Of a DNA stretch of 64,000 bases, positions 38,501 to 52,200 are shown piece after piece. The DNA comes from the human T2T-CHM13v2.0 reference genome, Homo sapiens. Where the stretch lies: the NCBI RefSeq assembly GCF_009914755.1, contig NC_060939.1. One strand, given 5' to 3'. Below the pieces are notes generated by a model that searched no databases, was not told the DNA's origin, and saw nothing but the letters and a program-made list of their open reading frames with translations. Position 1 is the stretch's first letter. The number at the start of each line of letters is the position of its first letter. A program made the position numbers and the translations under genes.

Positions 38501-41500
38501 GCGATTCCATTCGAAATCGAATCAATTACATTGCAATCCATTACTATTGAGTCCGTTTTATTCCAGTCCACTGCATTCTGGTCCATTCCATTTGATTCCA
38601 TTCCATTCTATTCCATTCCATACAGTTGCATTCCATTGGATTCCATGCTATATCTATAAATTCAATTCGAGACCATTGCTTTTGAGTCCATTCTATATGA
38701 TTCCATTCCATTCAAGTCCATTACATTTGGTTCAATTCCATTCCATTCCATTCCCTTCCATTCCATTCCAGTTGATATCAATCCATTCGATTCCATTCCA
38801 TTCGAGCACATTCCATTCGAGTCCATTCCATTCGATGCCATTCCATTTGATTCTATTCCATTAGTCTCCATTCAATTCCATTAATCTCCATTCCATTCCA
38901 TTCTACTCCAACTGATTCCATTCCATTCTATTCCTTTCCATTCCATTTCATTGCATTCCATTCCATTTCATTCCATTCCATTCCATTCGTGTCCATTCCA
39001 CTCCAGTCCATTCCATTCGTGTCCATTCCATTCCAGTCCATTCCATTTGTGTCCACTGCATTCCATTCCACTCCATTCCATATTATTCCATTACACTCCA
39101 TTCCATTCTATTACTTTCATTTCCATTCAATTCCATTCCATTTGATTCCATTCCACTCGGTTTCATTCCATTTGAGTCCACTCCATTCCATTCCATTCCA
39201 TTCCATTCAGTTCCATTCCATTCTGTTCCATTCCATTCCGTTCCATTACATTCCATTCCACTCGGTACCATTCCATATTGTTCCATTCGATTCCATTCGA
39301 ATCCATTCCATTCCAGTCCATTCCATTCGATTCCATTCCATTCATTTCAATTCCATTCCATTCCATTACATTCCATTCCACTTGATTCCTCTCCATTCCC
39401 TTCCACTGCATTCCGTTCGATTCCATTCCATTGCATTGCATTCCATTCCATTGGATTGCATTCCATTCGATTCCATTCCATTCGAATCAATTACATAGCA
39501 ATCCATTACATTCGAGTCTATTCTCTTCCATTCCATTCGATTTCGTTCCAATCCATTCGATTCCATTCCATTCGATTCCATTCCATACTATTGCATTCCA
39601 TTCGATTACATTATATTCGAATAAGTTCCATTCAAGACCATTTCTTTTGAGTCCATTCTATTTGAGTCCATTCCCTTTGATTCCATAACATTTGAGTCCA
39701 TTCAATTCCATTCCTTTCGTTTCCATTCCATTTGATGCCATTCCATTCAATTCTGTTCTACTCGACTCCAATACATTCAATTCCATTCCATCCGATTCCA
39801 TTACATTCTTTTCATTTCTTATCCATTTCAAGCCATTCCACTCCATTCCATTCCACTCGTTTCCTTTCCATTCGAGTCCATTCCTCTCCAGTCCATTCCG
39901 TTCAATCCATTCCATTCAAGTCCATTCCATTCGAGTCCGTTCCATTCCAGTCCATTCCATTCGAGTCAATTCCATTCCATTCGATGTCTTTCCATAACGA
40001 TCCATTCCATTCTATTCCTTTCGATTCCATTCCATTCTATTTCATTGCATTCGATTCCCTTCCATTGGACTCCTTTCCATTCGAGTGCATTCCATTCCGT
40101 TCCATTTCTTTCCGTTCTGTACGATTCCTACCGTTCGATTTCATTTTGTTCCAGTCCATTCCTTTCGCGTCCATTCCATTCCATTTCACTCCATTCGATT
40201 CCATTCCACTCGATTCCACTTCGTTCCATTTCATTGCATTCCATTCTATTCAACTCTATTGCCTTCCATTCCATTCCATTCGATTACATTCCATGCGATT
40301 CCATTCGAAATCGAATCAATTACATTGCAATCCATTACTATTGAGTCCGTTTTATTCCAGTCCACTGCATTCTGGTCCATTCCATTTGATTCCATTCCAT
40401 TCTATTCCATTCCATACAGTTGCATTCCTTTGGATTCCATGCTATATATATAAATTAAATTCGAGACCATTGCTTTTGAGTCCATTCTATATGATTCCAT
40501 TCCATTCAAGTCCATTACCTTTGGTTCAATTCCATTCCATTCTAGTTGATATCAATCCATTCGATTCCATTCCATTCGAGCACATTCCATTCGAGTCCAT
40601 TCCATTCGATGCCATTCCATTTGATTCTATTCCATTAGTCTCCATTCAATTCCATTAATCTCCATTCCATTCCATTCTACTCTAACTGATTCCATTCCAT
40701 TCTATTCCTTTCCATTCCATTTCATTCCATTCCATTCCATTTCATTCCATTCCATTCCATTCGTGTCCATTCCTCTCCAGTCCATTCCATTCGTGTCCAT
40801 TCCATTCCAGTCCATTCCATTTGTGTCCACTGCATTCCATTCCACTCCATTCCATATTATTCCATTACACTCCATTCCATTCTATTACTTTCATTTCCAT
40901 TCAATTCCATTCCATTTGATTCCATTCCACTCGGTTTCATTCCATTTGAGTCCACTCCATTCCATTCCATTCCATTCCATTCTGTTCCATTCCATTCCGT
41001 TCCATTACATTCCATTCCATTCGGTACCATTCCATAGTGTTCCATTCGATTCCATTCGAATCCATTCCATTCCAGTCCATTCCATTCGATTCCAATTCAT
41101 TCATTTCAATTCCATTCCATTCCATTCCATTACATTCCACTTGATTCCTCTCCATTCCCTTCCACTGCATTCCGTTCGATTCCATTCCATTGCATTGCAT
41201 TCCATTCCATTGGATTGCATTCCATTCGATTCCATTCCATTCGAATCAATTACATAGCAATCCATTACATTCGAGTCTATTCTATTCCGTTCCATTCGAT
41301 TTCGTTCCAATCCATTCGATTCCATTCCATTCGATTCCATTCCATACTATTGCATTCCATTCGATTACATTATATTCGAATAAGTTCCATTCAAGACCAT
41401 TTCTTTTGAGTCCATTCTATTTGAGTCCATTCCCTTTGATTCCATAACATTTGAGTCCATTCAATTCCATTCCTTTCGTTTCCATTCCATTTGATGCCAT

Positions 41501-43229
41501 TCCATTCAATTCTGTTCTACTCGACTCCAATACATTCAATTCCATTCCATCCGATTCCATTACATTCTTTTCATTTCTTATCCATTTCAAGCCATTCCAC
41601 TCCATTCCATTCCACTCGTTTCCTTTCCATTCGAGTCCATTCCTCTCCAGTCCATTCCGTTCAATCCATTCCATTCCAGTCCATTCCATTCGAGTCCGTT
41701 CCATTCCAGTCCATTCCATTCGAGTCAATTCCATTCCATTCGATGTCTTTCCATAACGATCCATTCCATTCTATTCCTTTCGATTCCATTCCATTCTATT
41801 TCATTCCATTCGATTCCCTTCCATTGGAATCCTTTCCATTCGAGTGCATTCCATTCCGTTCCATTTCTTACCGTTCTGTACGATTCCTACCGTTCGATTT
41901 CATTTTGTTCCAGTCCATTATTTTCGCGTCCATTCCATTCCATTTCACTCCATTCGATTCCATTCCACTCGATTCCACTTCGTTCCATTTCATTGCATTC
42001 CATTCTATTCAACTCTATTGCCTTCCATTCCATTCCATTCGATTACATTCCATGCGATTCCATTCGAAATCGAATCAATTACATTGCAATCCATTACTAT
42101 TGAGTCCATTTTATTCCAGTCCACTGCATTCTGGTCCATTCCATTTGATACCATTCCATTCTATTGCATTCCATACAGTTGCATTCCATTGGATTCCATT
42201 CTATATCTATAAATTCAATTCGAGACCATTGCTTTTGAATCCATTCTATATGATTCCATTCCATTCAAGTCCATTACATTTGGTTCAATTCCATTCCATT
42301 CCAGTTGATATCAATCCATTCGATTCCATTCCGTTCGAGCACATTCCATTCGAGTCCATTCCATTCGATGCCATTCCATTTGATTCTATGCCATTAGTCT
42401 CCATTCAATTCCATTAATCTCCATTCCATTCCATTCTACTCCAACTGATTCCATTCCATTCTATTCCTTTCCATTCCATTTCATTCCATTCCATTCCATT
42501 TCATTCCATTCCATTCCATTCGTGTCCATTCCACTCCAGTCCATTCCATTCGTGTCCATTCCATTCCAGTCCATTCCATTTGTGTCCACTGCATTCCATT
42601 CCACTCCATTCCATATTATTCCATTACACTCCATTCCATTCTATTACTTTCATTTCCATTCAATTCCATTCCGTTTGATTCCATTCCACTCGGTTTCATT
42701 CCATTTGAGTCCACTCCATTCCATTCCATTCCATTCCATTCCATTCAGTTCCATTCCATTCTGTTCCATTCCATTCCGTTCCATTACATTCCATTCCATT
42801 CGGTACCATTCCATATTGTTCCATTCGATTCCATTCGAATCCATTCCATTCCAGTCCATTCCATTCGATTCCATTCCATTCATTTCAATTCCATTCCATT
42901 CCATTCCATTCCATTCCACTTGATTCCTCTCCATTCCCTTCCACTGCCTTCCGTTCGATTCCATTCCATTGCATTGCATTCCATTCCATTGGATTGCATT
43001 CCATTCGATTCCATTCCATTCGAATCAATTACATAGCAATCCATTACATTCGAGTCTATTCTATTCCGTTCCATTCGATTTCGTTCCAATCCATTCGATT
43101 CCATTCCATTCGACTCCATTCCATACTATTGCATTCCATTCTATTACATTATATTCGAATAAGTTCCATTCAAGACCATTTCTTTTGAGTCCATTCTATT
43201 TGAGTCCATTCCCTTTGATTCCATAACAT
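32591..43229 (+). repeat. Block with a 1759 bp short monomer at every second position (U19, U21, U23)
   Basis: U19, U21 and U23 share CCTTTGGATTCCATGCTATATATATAAATTAAATTCG, CTCTAACTG, CCTCTCCAG, CATAGTGTT and the same 20-bp and 15-bp deletions. The intervening units are 1789, 1794 and 1779 bp. Confidence 0.88.
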
Positions 43230-46200
43230 TTGAGTCCATTCAATTCCATTCCTTTCGTTCCCATTCCATTTGATGCCATTCCATTCAATTCTGTTCTACT
43301 CGACTCCAATACATTCAATTCCATTCCATCCGATTCCATTACATTCTTTTCATTTCTTATCCATTTCAAGCCATTCCACTCCATTCCATTCCACTCGTTT
43401 CCTTTCCATTCGAGTCCATTCCTCTCCAGTCCATTCCGTTCAATCCATTCCATTCCATTCCATTCCATTCGAGTCCGTTCCATTCCAGTCCACTCCATTC
43501 GAGTCAATTCCATCCCATTCGATGTCTTTCCATAACGATCCATTCCATTCTTTTCCTTTCGATTCCATTCCATTCTATTTCATTCCATTCGATTCCCTTC
43601 CATTGGACTCCTTTCCATTCGAGTGCATTCCATTCCGTTCCATTTCTTACCGTTCTGTACGATTCCTACCGTTCGATTTCATTTTGTTCCAGTCCATTCC
43701 TTTCGCGTCCATTCCATTCCATTTCACTCCATTCGATTCCATTCCACTCGATTCCACTTCGTTCCATTTCATTGCATTCCATTCTATTCAACTCTATTGC
43801 CTTCCATTCCATTCCATTCGATTACATTCCATGCGATTCCATTCGAAATCGAATCAATTACATTGCAATCCATTACTATTGAGTCCATTTTATTCCAGTC
43901 CACTGCATTCTGGTCCATTCCATTTGATTCCATTCCATTCTATTCCATTCCATACAGTTGCATTCCATTGGATTCCATTCTATATCTATAAATTCAATTC
44001 GAGACCATTGCTTTTGAATCCATTCTATATGATTCCATTCCATTCAAGTCCATTACATTTGGTTCAATTCCATTCCATTCCATTCCCTTCCATTCCATTC
44101 CAGTTGATATCAATCCATTCGATTCCATTCCATTCGAGCACATTCCATTCGAGTCCATTCCATTCGATGCCATTCCATTTGATTCTATTCCATTAGTCTC
44201 CATTCAATTCCATTAATCTCCATTCCATTCCATTCTACTCCAACTGATTCCATTCCATTCTATTCCTTTCCATTCCATTTCATTCCATTCCATTCCATTT
44301 CATTCCATTCCATTCCATTCGCTTCCATTCCATTCGTGTCCATTCCACTCCAGTCCATTCCATTCGTGTCCATTCCATTCCAGTCCATTCCATTTGTGTC
44401 CACTGCATTCCATTCCACTCCATTCCATATTATTCCATTACACTCCATTCCAATCTATTACTTTCATTTCCATTCAATTCCATTCCATTTGATTCCATTC
44501 CACTCGGTTTCATTCCATTTGAGTCCACTCCAATCCATTCCATTCCATTCCATTCCATTCCATTCCATTCAGTTCCATTCCATTCTGTTCCATTCCATTC
44601 CGTTCCATTGCATTCCATTCCATTCGGTACCATTCCATATTTTTCCATTCGATTCCATTCGAATCCATTCCATTCCAGTCCATTCCATTCGATTCCATTC
44701 CATTCCTTTCAATTCCATTCCATTCCATCCAATTCCACTTGATTCCACTCCATTCCCTTCCACTGCATTCCGTTCGATTCCATTCCATTGCATTGCATTC
44801 CATTCCATTGGATTGCATTCCATTCGATTCCATTCCATTCGAATCAATTACATAGCAATCCATTACATTCGAGTCTATTCTATTCCGTTCCATTCGATTT
44901 CGTTCCAATCCATTCGATTCCATTCCATTCGATTCCATTCCATACTATTGCATTCCATTCGATTACATTATATTCGAATAAGTTCCATTCAAGACCATTT
45001 CTTTTGAGTCCATTCTATTTGAGTCCATTCCCTTTGATTCCATAACATTTGAGTCCATTCAATTCCATTCCTTTCGTTCCCATTCCATTTGATGCCATTC
45101 CATTCAATTCTGTTCTACTCGACTCCAATACATTCAATTCCATTCCATCCGATTCCATTACATTCTTTTCATTTCTTATCCATTTCAAGCCATTCCACTC
45201 CATTCCATTCCACTCGTTTCCTTTCCATTCGAGTCCATTCCTCTTCAGTCCATTCCGTTCAATCCATTCCATTCCAGTCCATGCCATTCGAGTCCGTTCC
45301 ATTCCAGTCCACTCCATTCGAGTCAATTCCATCCCATTCGATGTCTTTCCATAACGATCCATTCCATTCTATTCCTTTCGATTCCATTCCATTCTATTTC
45401 ATTCCATTCGATTCCCTTCCATTGGACTCCTTTCCATTCGAGTGCATTCCATTCCGTTCCATTTCTTACCGTTCTGTTCGATTCCAACCGTTTGATTTCA
45501 TTTTGTTCCAGTCCATTCCTTTCGCGTCCATTCCATTCCATTTCACTCCATTCGATTCCATTCCACTCGATTCCACTTCGTTCCATTTCATTGCATTCCA
45601 TTCCATTCAACTCTATTGCCTTCCATTCCATTCCATTCGATTACATTCCATGCGATTCCATTCGAAATCGAATCAATTACATTGCAATCCATTACTATTG
45701 AGTCCGTTTTATTCCAGTCCACTGCATTCTGGTCCATTCCATTTGATTCCATTCCATTCTATTCCATTCCATACAGTTGCATTCCATTGGATTCCATTCT
45801 ATATCTATAAATTCAATTCGAGACCATTGCTTTTGAATCCATTCTATATGATTCCATTCCATTCAAGTCCATTACATTTGGTTCAATTCCATTCCATTCC
45901 ATTCCCTTCCATTCCATTCCAGTTGATATCAATCCATTCGATTCCATTCCATTCGAGCACATTCCATTCGAGTCCATTCCATTCGATGCCATTCCATTTG
46001 ATTCTATTCCATTAGTCTCCATTCAATTCCATTAATCTCCATTCCATTCCATTCTACTCCAACTGATTCCATTCCATTCTATTCCTTTCCATTCCATTTC
46101 ATTCCATTCCATTCCATTCCATTCCATTCCATTCGCTTCCATTCCATTCGTGTCCATTCCACTCCAGTCCATTCCATTCGTATCCATTCCATTCCAGTCC

Positions 46201-49200
46201 ATTCCATTTGTGTCCACTGCATTCCATTCCACTCCATTCCGTATTATTCCATTACACTCCATTCCATTCTATTACTTTCATTTCCATTCAATTCCGTTCC
46301 ATTTGATTCCATTCCACTCGGTTTCATTCCATTTGAGTCCACTCCATTCCATTCCATTCCATTCCATTCAGTTCCATTCCATTCTGTTCCATTCCATTCC
46401 GTTCCATTGCATTCCATTCCATTCGGTACCATTCCATATTGTTCCATTCGATTCCATTCGAATCCATTCCATTCCAGTCCATTCCATTCGATTCCATTCC
46501 ATTCCTTTCAATTCCATTCCATTCCATTCCATTCCACTTGATTCCACTCCATTCCCTTCCACTGCATTCCATTCGATTCCATTACATTGCATTGCATTCC
46601 ATTCCATTGGACTGCATTCCATTCGATTCCATTCCATTCGAATCAATTACATAGCAATCCATTACATTCGGGTCTATTCTATTCCGTTCCATTCGATTTC
46701 ATTCCAATCCATTCGATTCCATTCCATACTATTGCATTCCATTCTATTACATTATATTCGAATAAGTTCCATTCAAGACCATTTCTTTTGAGTCCATTCT
46801 ATTTGAGTCCATTCCCTTTGATTCCATAATATTTGAGTCCATTCAATTCCATTCCTTTCGTTTCCATTCCATTTGATGCCATTCCATTCAATTCTGTTCT
46901 ACTCGACTCCAATACATTCAATTCATTCCATTCGATTCCATTACATTCTTTTCATTTCTTATCCATTTCAAGCCATTCCACTCCATTCCATTCCACTCGT
47001 TTCCTTTCCATTCGAGTCCATTCCTCTCCAGTCCATTCCGTTCAATCCATTCCATTCCAGTCCATTCCATTCGAGTCCGTTCCATTCCAGTCCATTCCAT
47101 TCGAGTCAATTCCATCCCATTCGATGTCTTTCCATAACGATCCATTCCATTCTATTCCTTTCGATTCCATTCCATTCTATTTCATTCCATTCGATTCCCT
47201 TCCATTGGACTCCTTTCCATTCGAGTGCATTCCATTCCGTTCCGTTTCTTTCCGTTCTGTACGATTCCTACCGTTCGATTTCATTTTGTTCCAGTCCATT
47301 CCTTTCGCGTCCATTCCATTCCATTTCACTCCATTCGATTCCATTCCACTCGATTCCACTTCGTTCCATTTCATTGCATTCCGTTCTATTCAACTCTATT
47401 GCCTTCCATTCCATTCCATTCGATTACATTCCATGCGATTGCATTCGAAATCGAATCAATTACATTGCAATCCATTACTATTGAGTCTGTTTTATTCCAG
47501 TCCACTGCATTCTGGTCCATTCCATTTGATTCCATTCCATTCTATTCCATTCCATACAGTTGCATTCCTTTGGATTCCATGCTATATCTATAAATTCAAT
47601 TCGAGACCATTGCTTTTGAGTCCATTCTATATGATTCCATTCCATTCAAGTCCATTACATTTGGTTCACTTCCATTCCATTCCAGTTGATATCAATCCAT
47701 TCGATTCCATTCCATTCGAGCACATTCCATTCGAGTCCATTCCATTCGATGTCATTCCATTTGATTCTATGCCATTAGTCTCCATTCAATTCCATTAATC
47801 TCCATTCCATTCCATTCTACTCCAACTGATTCCATTCCATTCTATTCCTTTCCATTCCATTTCATTCCATTCCATTCCATTTCATTCCATTCCATTCCAT
47901 TCGTGTCCATTCCACTCCAGTCCATTCCATTCGTGTCCATTCCATTCCAGTCCATTCCATTTGTGTCCACTGCATTCCATTCCACTCCATTCCATATTAT
48001 TCCATTACACTCCATTCCATTCTATTACTTTCATTTCCATTCAATTCCATTCCATTTGATTCCATTCCACTCGGTTTCATTCCATTTGAGTCCACTCCAT
48101 TCCATTCCATTCCATTCCATTCAGTTCCATTCCATTCTGTTCCATTCCATTCCGTTCCGTTACATTCCATTCCATTCGGTACCATTCCATATTGTTCCAT
48201 TCGATTCCATTCGAATCCATTCCTTCCAGTCCATTCCATTCAATTCCATTCCATTCATTTCAATTCCATTCCATTCCATTCCATTACATTCCACTTGATT
48301 CCTCTCCATTCCCTTTCACTGCATTCCGTTCGATTCCATTCCATTGCATTGCATTCCATTCCATTGGATTGCATTCCATTCGATTCCATTCCATTCGAAT
48401 CAATTACATAGCAATCCATTACATTCGAGTCTATTCTATTCCGTTCCATTCGATTTCGTTCCAATCCATTCGATTCCATTCCATTCGATTCCATTCCATA
48501 CTATTGCATTCCATTCGATTACATTATATTCGAATAAGTTCCATTCAAGACCATTTCTTTTGAGTCCATTCTATTTGAGTCCATTCCCTTTGATTCCATA
48601 ACATTTGAGTCCATTCAATTCCATTCCTTTCGTTTCCATTCCATTTGATGCCATTCCATTCAATTCTGTTCTACTCGACTCCAATACATTCAATTCCATT
48701 CCATCCGATTCCATTACATTCTTTTCATTTCTTATCCATTTCAAGCCATTCCACTCCATTCCATTCCACTCGTTTCCTTTCCATTCGAGTCCATTCCTCT
48801 CCAGTCCATTCCGTTCAATCCATTCCATTCCAGTCCATTCCATTCGAGTCCGTTCCATTCCAGTCCATTCCATTCGAGTCAATTCCATCCCATTCGATGT
48901 CTTTCCATAACGATCCATTCCATTCTATTCCTTTCGATTCCATTCCATTCTATTTCATTCCATTCGATTCCCTTCCATTGGACTCCTTTCCATTCGAGTG
49001 CATTCCATTCCGTTCCATTTCTTTCCGTTCTGTACGATTCCTACCGTTCGATTTCATTTTGTTCCAGTCCATTCCTTTCGCGTCCATTCCATTCCATTTC
49101 ACTCCATTCGATTCCATTCCACTCGATTCCACTTCGTTCCATTTCATTGCATTCCATTCTATTCAACTCTATTGCCTTCCATTCCATTCCATTCGATTAC

Positions 49201-52200
49201 ATTCCATGCGATTCCATTCGAAATCGAATCAATTACATTGCAATCCATTACTATTGAGTCCATTTTATTCCAGTCCACTGCATTCTGGTCCATTCCATTT
49301 GATTCCATTCCATTCTATTCCATTCCATACAGTTGCATTCCATTGGATTCCATTCTATATCTATAAATTCAATTCGAGACCATTGCTTTTGAGTCCATTC
49401 TATATGATTCCATTCCATTCAAGTCCATTACATTTGGTTCAATTCCATTCCATTCCAGTTGATATCAATCCATTCGATTCCATTCCATTCGAGCACATTC
49501 CATTCGAGTCCATTCCATTCGATGCCATTCCATTTGATTCTATTCCATTAGTCTCCATTCAATTCCATTAATCTCCATTCCATTCCATTCTACTCCAACT
49601 GATTCCATTCCTTTCTATTCCTTTCCATTCCATTTCATTCCATTCCATTCCATTTCATTCCATTCCATTCCATTCGTGTCCATTCCTCTCCAGTCCATTC
49701 CATTCGTGTCCATTCCATTCCAGTCCATTCCATTTGTGTCCACTGCATTCCATTCCACTCCATTCCATATTATTCCATTACACTCCATTCCATTCTATTA
49801 CTTTCATTTCCATTCAATTCCATTCCATTTGATTCCATTCCACTCGGTTTCATTCCATTTGAGTCCACTCCATTCCATTCCATTCCATTCCATTCAGTTC
49901 CATTCCATTCTGTTCCATTCCATTCCGTTCCATTAGATTCCATTCCATTCGGTACCATTCCATATTGTTCCATTCGATTCCATTCTAATCCATTCCATTC
50001 CAGTCCATTCCATTCGATTCCATTCCATTCATTTCAATTCCATTCCATTCCATTCCATTCCACTTGATTCCACTCCATTCCCTTGCACTGCATTCCATTC
50101 GATTCCATTCCATTGCATTGCATTCCATTCCATTGGACTGCATTCCATTCGATTCCATTCCATTCGAATCAATTACATAGCAATCCATTACATTCGAGTC
50201 TATTCTATTCCGTTCCATTCGATTTCGTTCCAATCCATTCGATTCCATTCCATTCGATTCCATTCCATACTATTGCATTCCATTTGATTACATTATATTT
50301 TAATAAGTTCCATTCAAGACCATTTCTTTTGAGTCCATTCTATTTGAGTCCATTCCCTTTGATTCCATAACATTTGAGTCCATTCAATTCCATTCCTTTC
50401 GTTTGCATTCCATTTGATGCCATTCCATTCAATTCTGTTCTACTCGACTCCAATACATTCAATTCCATTCCATCCGATTCCATTACATTCTTTTCATTTC
50501 TTATCCATTTCAAGCCATTCCACTCCATTCCATTCCACTCGTTTCCTTTCCATTCGAGTCCATTCCTCTCCAGTCCATTCCGTTCAATCCATTCCATTCC
50601 AGTCTATTCCATTCGAGTCCGTTCCATTCCAGTCCTCTCTATTCGAGTCAATTCCATCCCATTCGATGTCTTTCCATAACGATCCATTCCATTCTATTCC
50701 TTTCGATTCCATTCCATTCTATTTCATTCAATTTGATTCCCTTCCATTGGACTCCTTTCCATTCGAGTGCATTCCATTCCGTTCCATTTCTTACCGTTCT
50801 GTACGATTCCTACCGTTCGATTTCATTTTGTTCCAGTCCATTCCTTTCGCGTCCATTCCATTCCATTTCACTCCATTCGATTCCATTCCACTCGATTCCA
50901 CTTCGTTCCATTTCATTGCATTCCATTCTATTCAACTCTATTGCCTTCCATTCCATTCCATTCGATTACATTCCATGCGATTCCGTTCGAAATCGAATCA
51001 ATTACATTGCAATCCATTACTATTGAGTCCGTTTTATTCCAGTCCACTGCATTCTGGTCCATTCCATTTGATTCCATTCCATTCTATTCCATTCCATACA
51101 GTTGCATTCCATTGGATTCCATTCTATATCTATAAATTCAATTCGAGACCATTGCTTTTGAATCCATTCTATATGATTCCATTCCATTCAAGTCCATTAC
51201 ATTTGGTTCAATTCCATTCCATTCCATTCCGTTCCATTCCATTCCAGTTGATATCAATCCATTCGATTCCATTCCATTCGAGCACATTCCATTCGAGTCC
51301 ATTCCATTCGATGCCATTCCATTTGATTCTATTCCATTATTCTCCATTCAATTCCATTAATCTCCATTCCATTCCATTCTACTCCAACTGATTCCATTCC
51401 ATTCTATTCCTTTCCATTCCATTTCATTCCATTCCATTCCATTTCATTCCATTCCATTCCATTCGTGTCCATTCCACTCCAGTCCATTCCATTCGTGTCC
51501 ATTCCATTCCAGTCCATTCCATTTGTGTCCGCTGCATTCCATTCCACTCCATTCCATATTATTCCATTACACTCCATTCCATTCTATTACTTTCATTTCC
51601 ATTCAATTCCATTCCATTTGATTCCATTCCACTCGGTTTCATTCCATTTGAGTCCACTCCATTCCATTCCATTCCATTCCATTCAGTTCCATTCCATTCT
51701 GTTCCATTCCATTCCGTTCCATTGCATTCCATTCCATTCGGTACCATTCCATATTGTTCCATTCGATTCCATTCGAATCCATTCCATTCCAGTCCATTCC
51801 ATTCGATTCCATTCCATTCCTTTCAATTCCATTCCATTCCATTCCATTCCACTTGATTCCACTCCATTCCCTTCCACTACATTCCATTCGATTCCATTCC
51901 ATTGCATTGCATTCCATTCCATTGGACTGCATTCCATTCGATTCCATTCCATTCGAATCAATTACATAGCAATCCATTACATTCGAGTCTATTCTATTCC
52001 GTTCCATTCGATTTCATTCCAATCCATTCGATTCCATTCCATTCGATTCCATTCCATACTATTGCATTCCATTCTATTACATTATATTCGAATAAGTTCC
52101 ATTCAAGACCATTTCTTTTGAGTCCATTCTATTTGAGTCCATTCCCTTTGATTCCATAACATTTGAGTCCATTCAATTCCATTCCTTTCGTTTTCATTCC

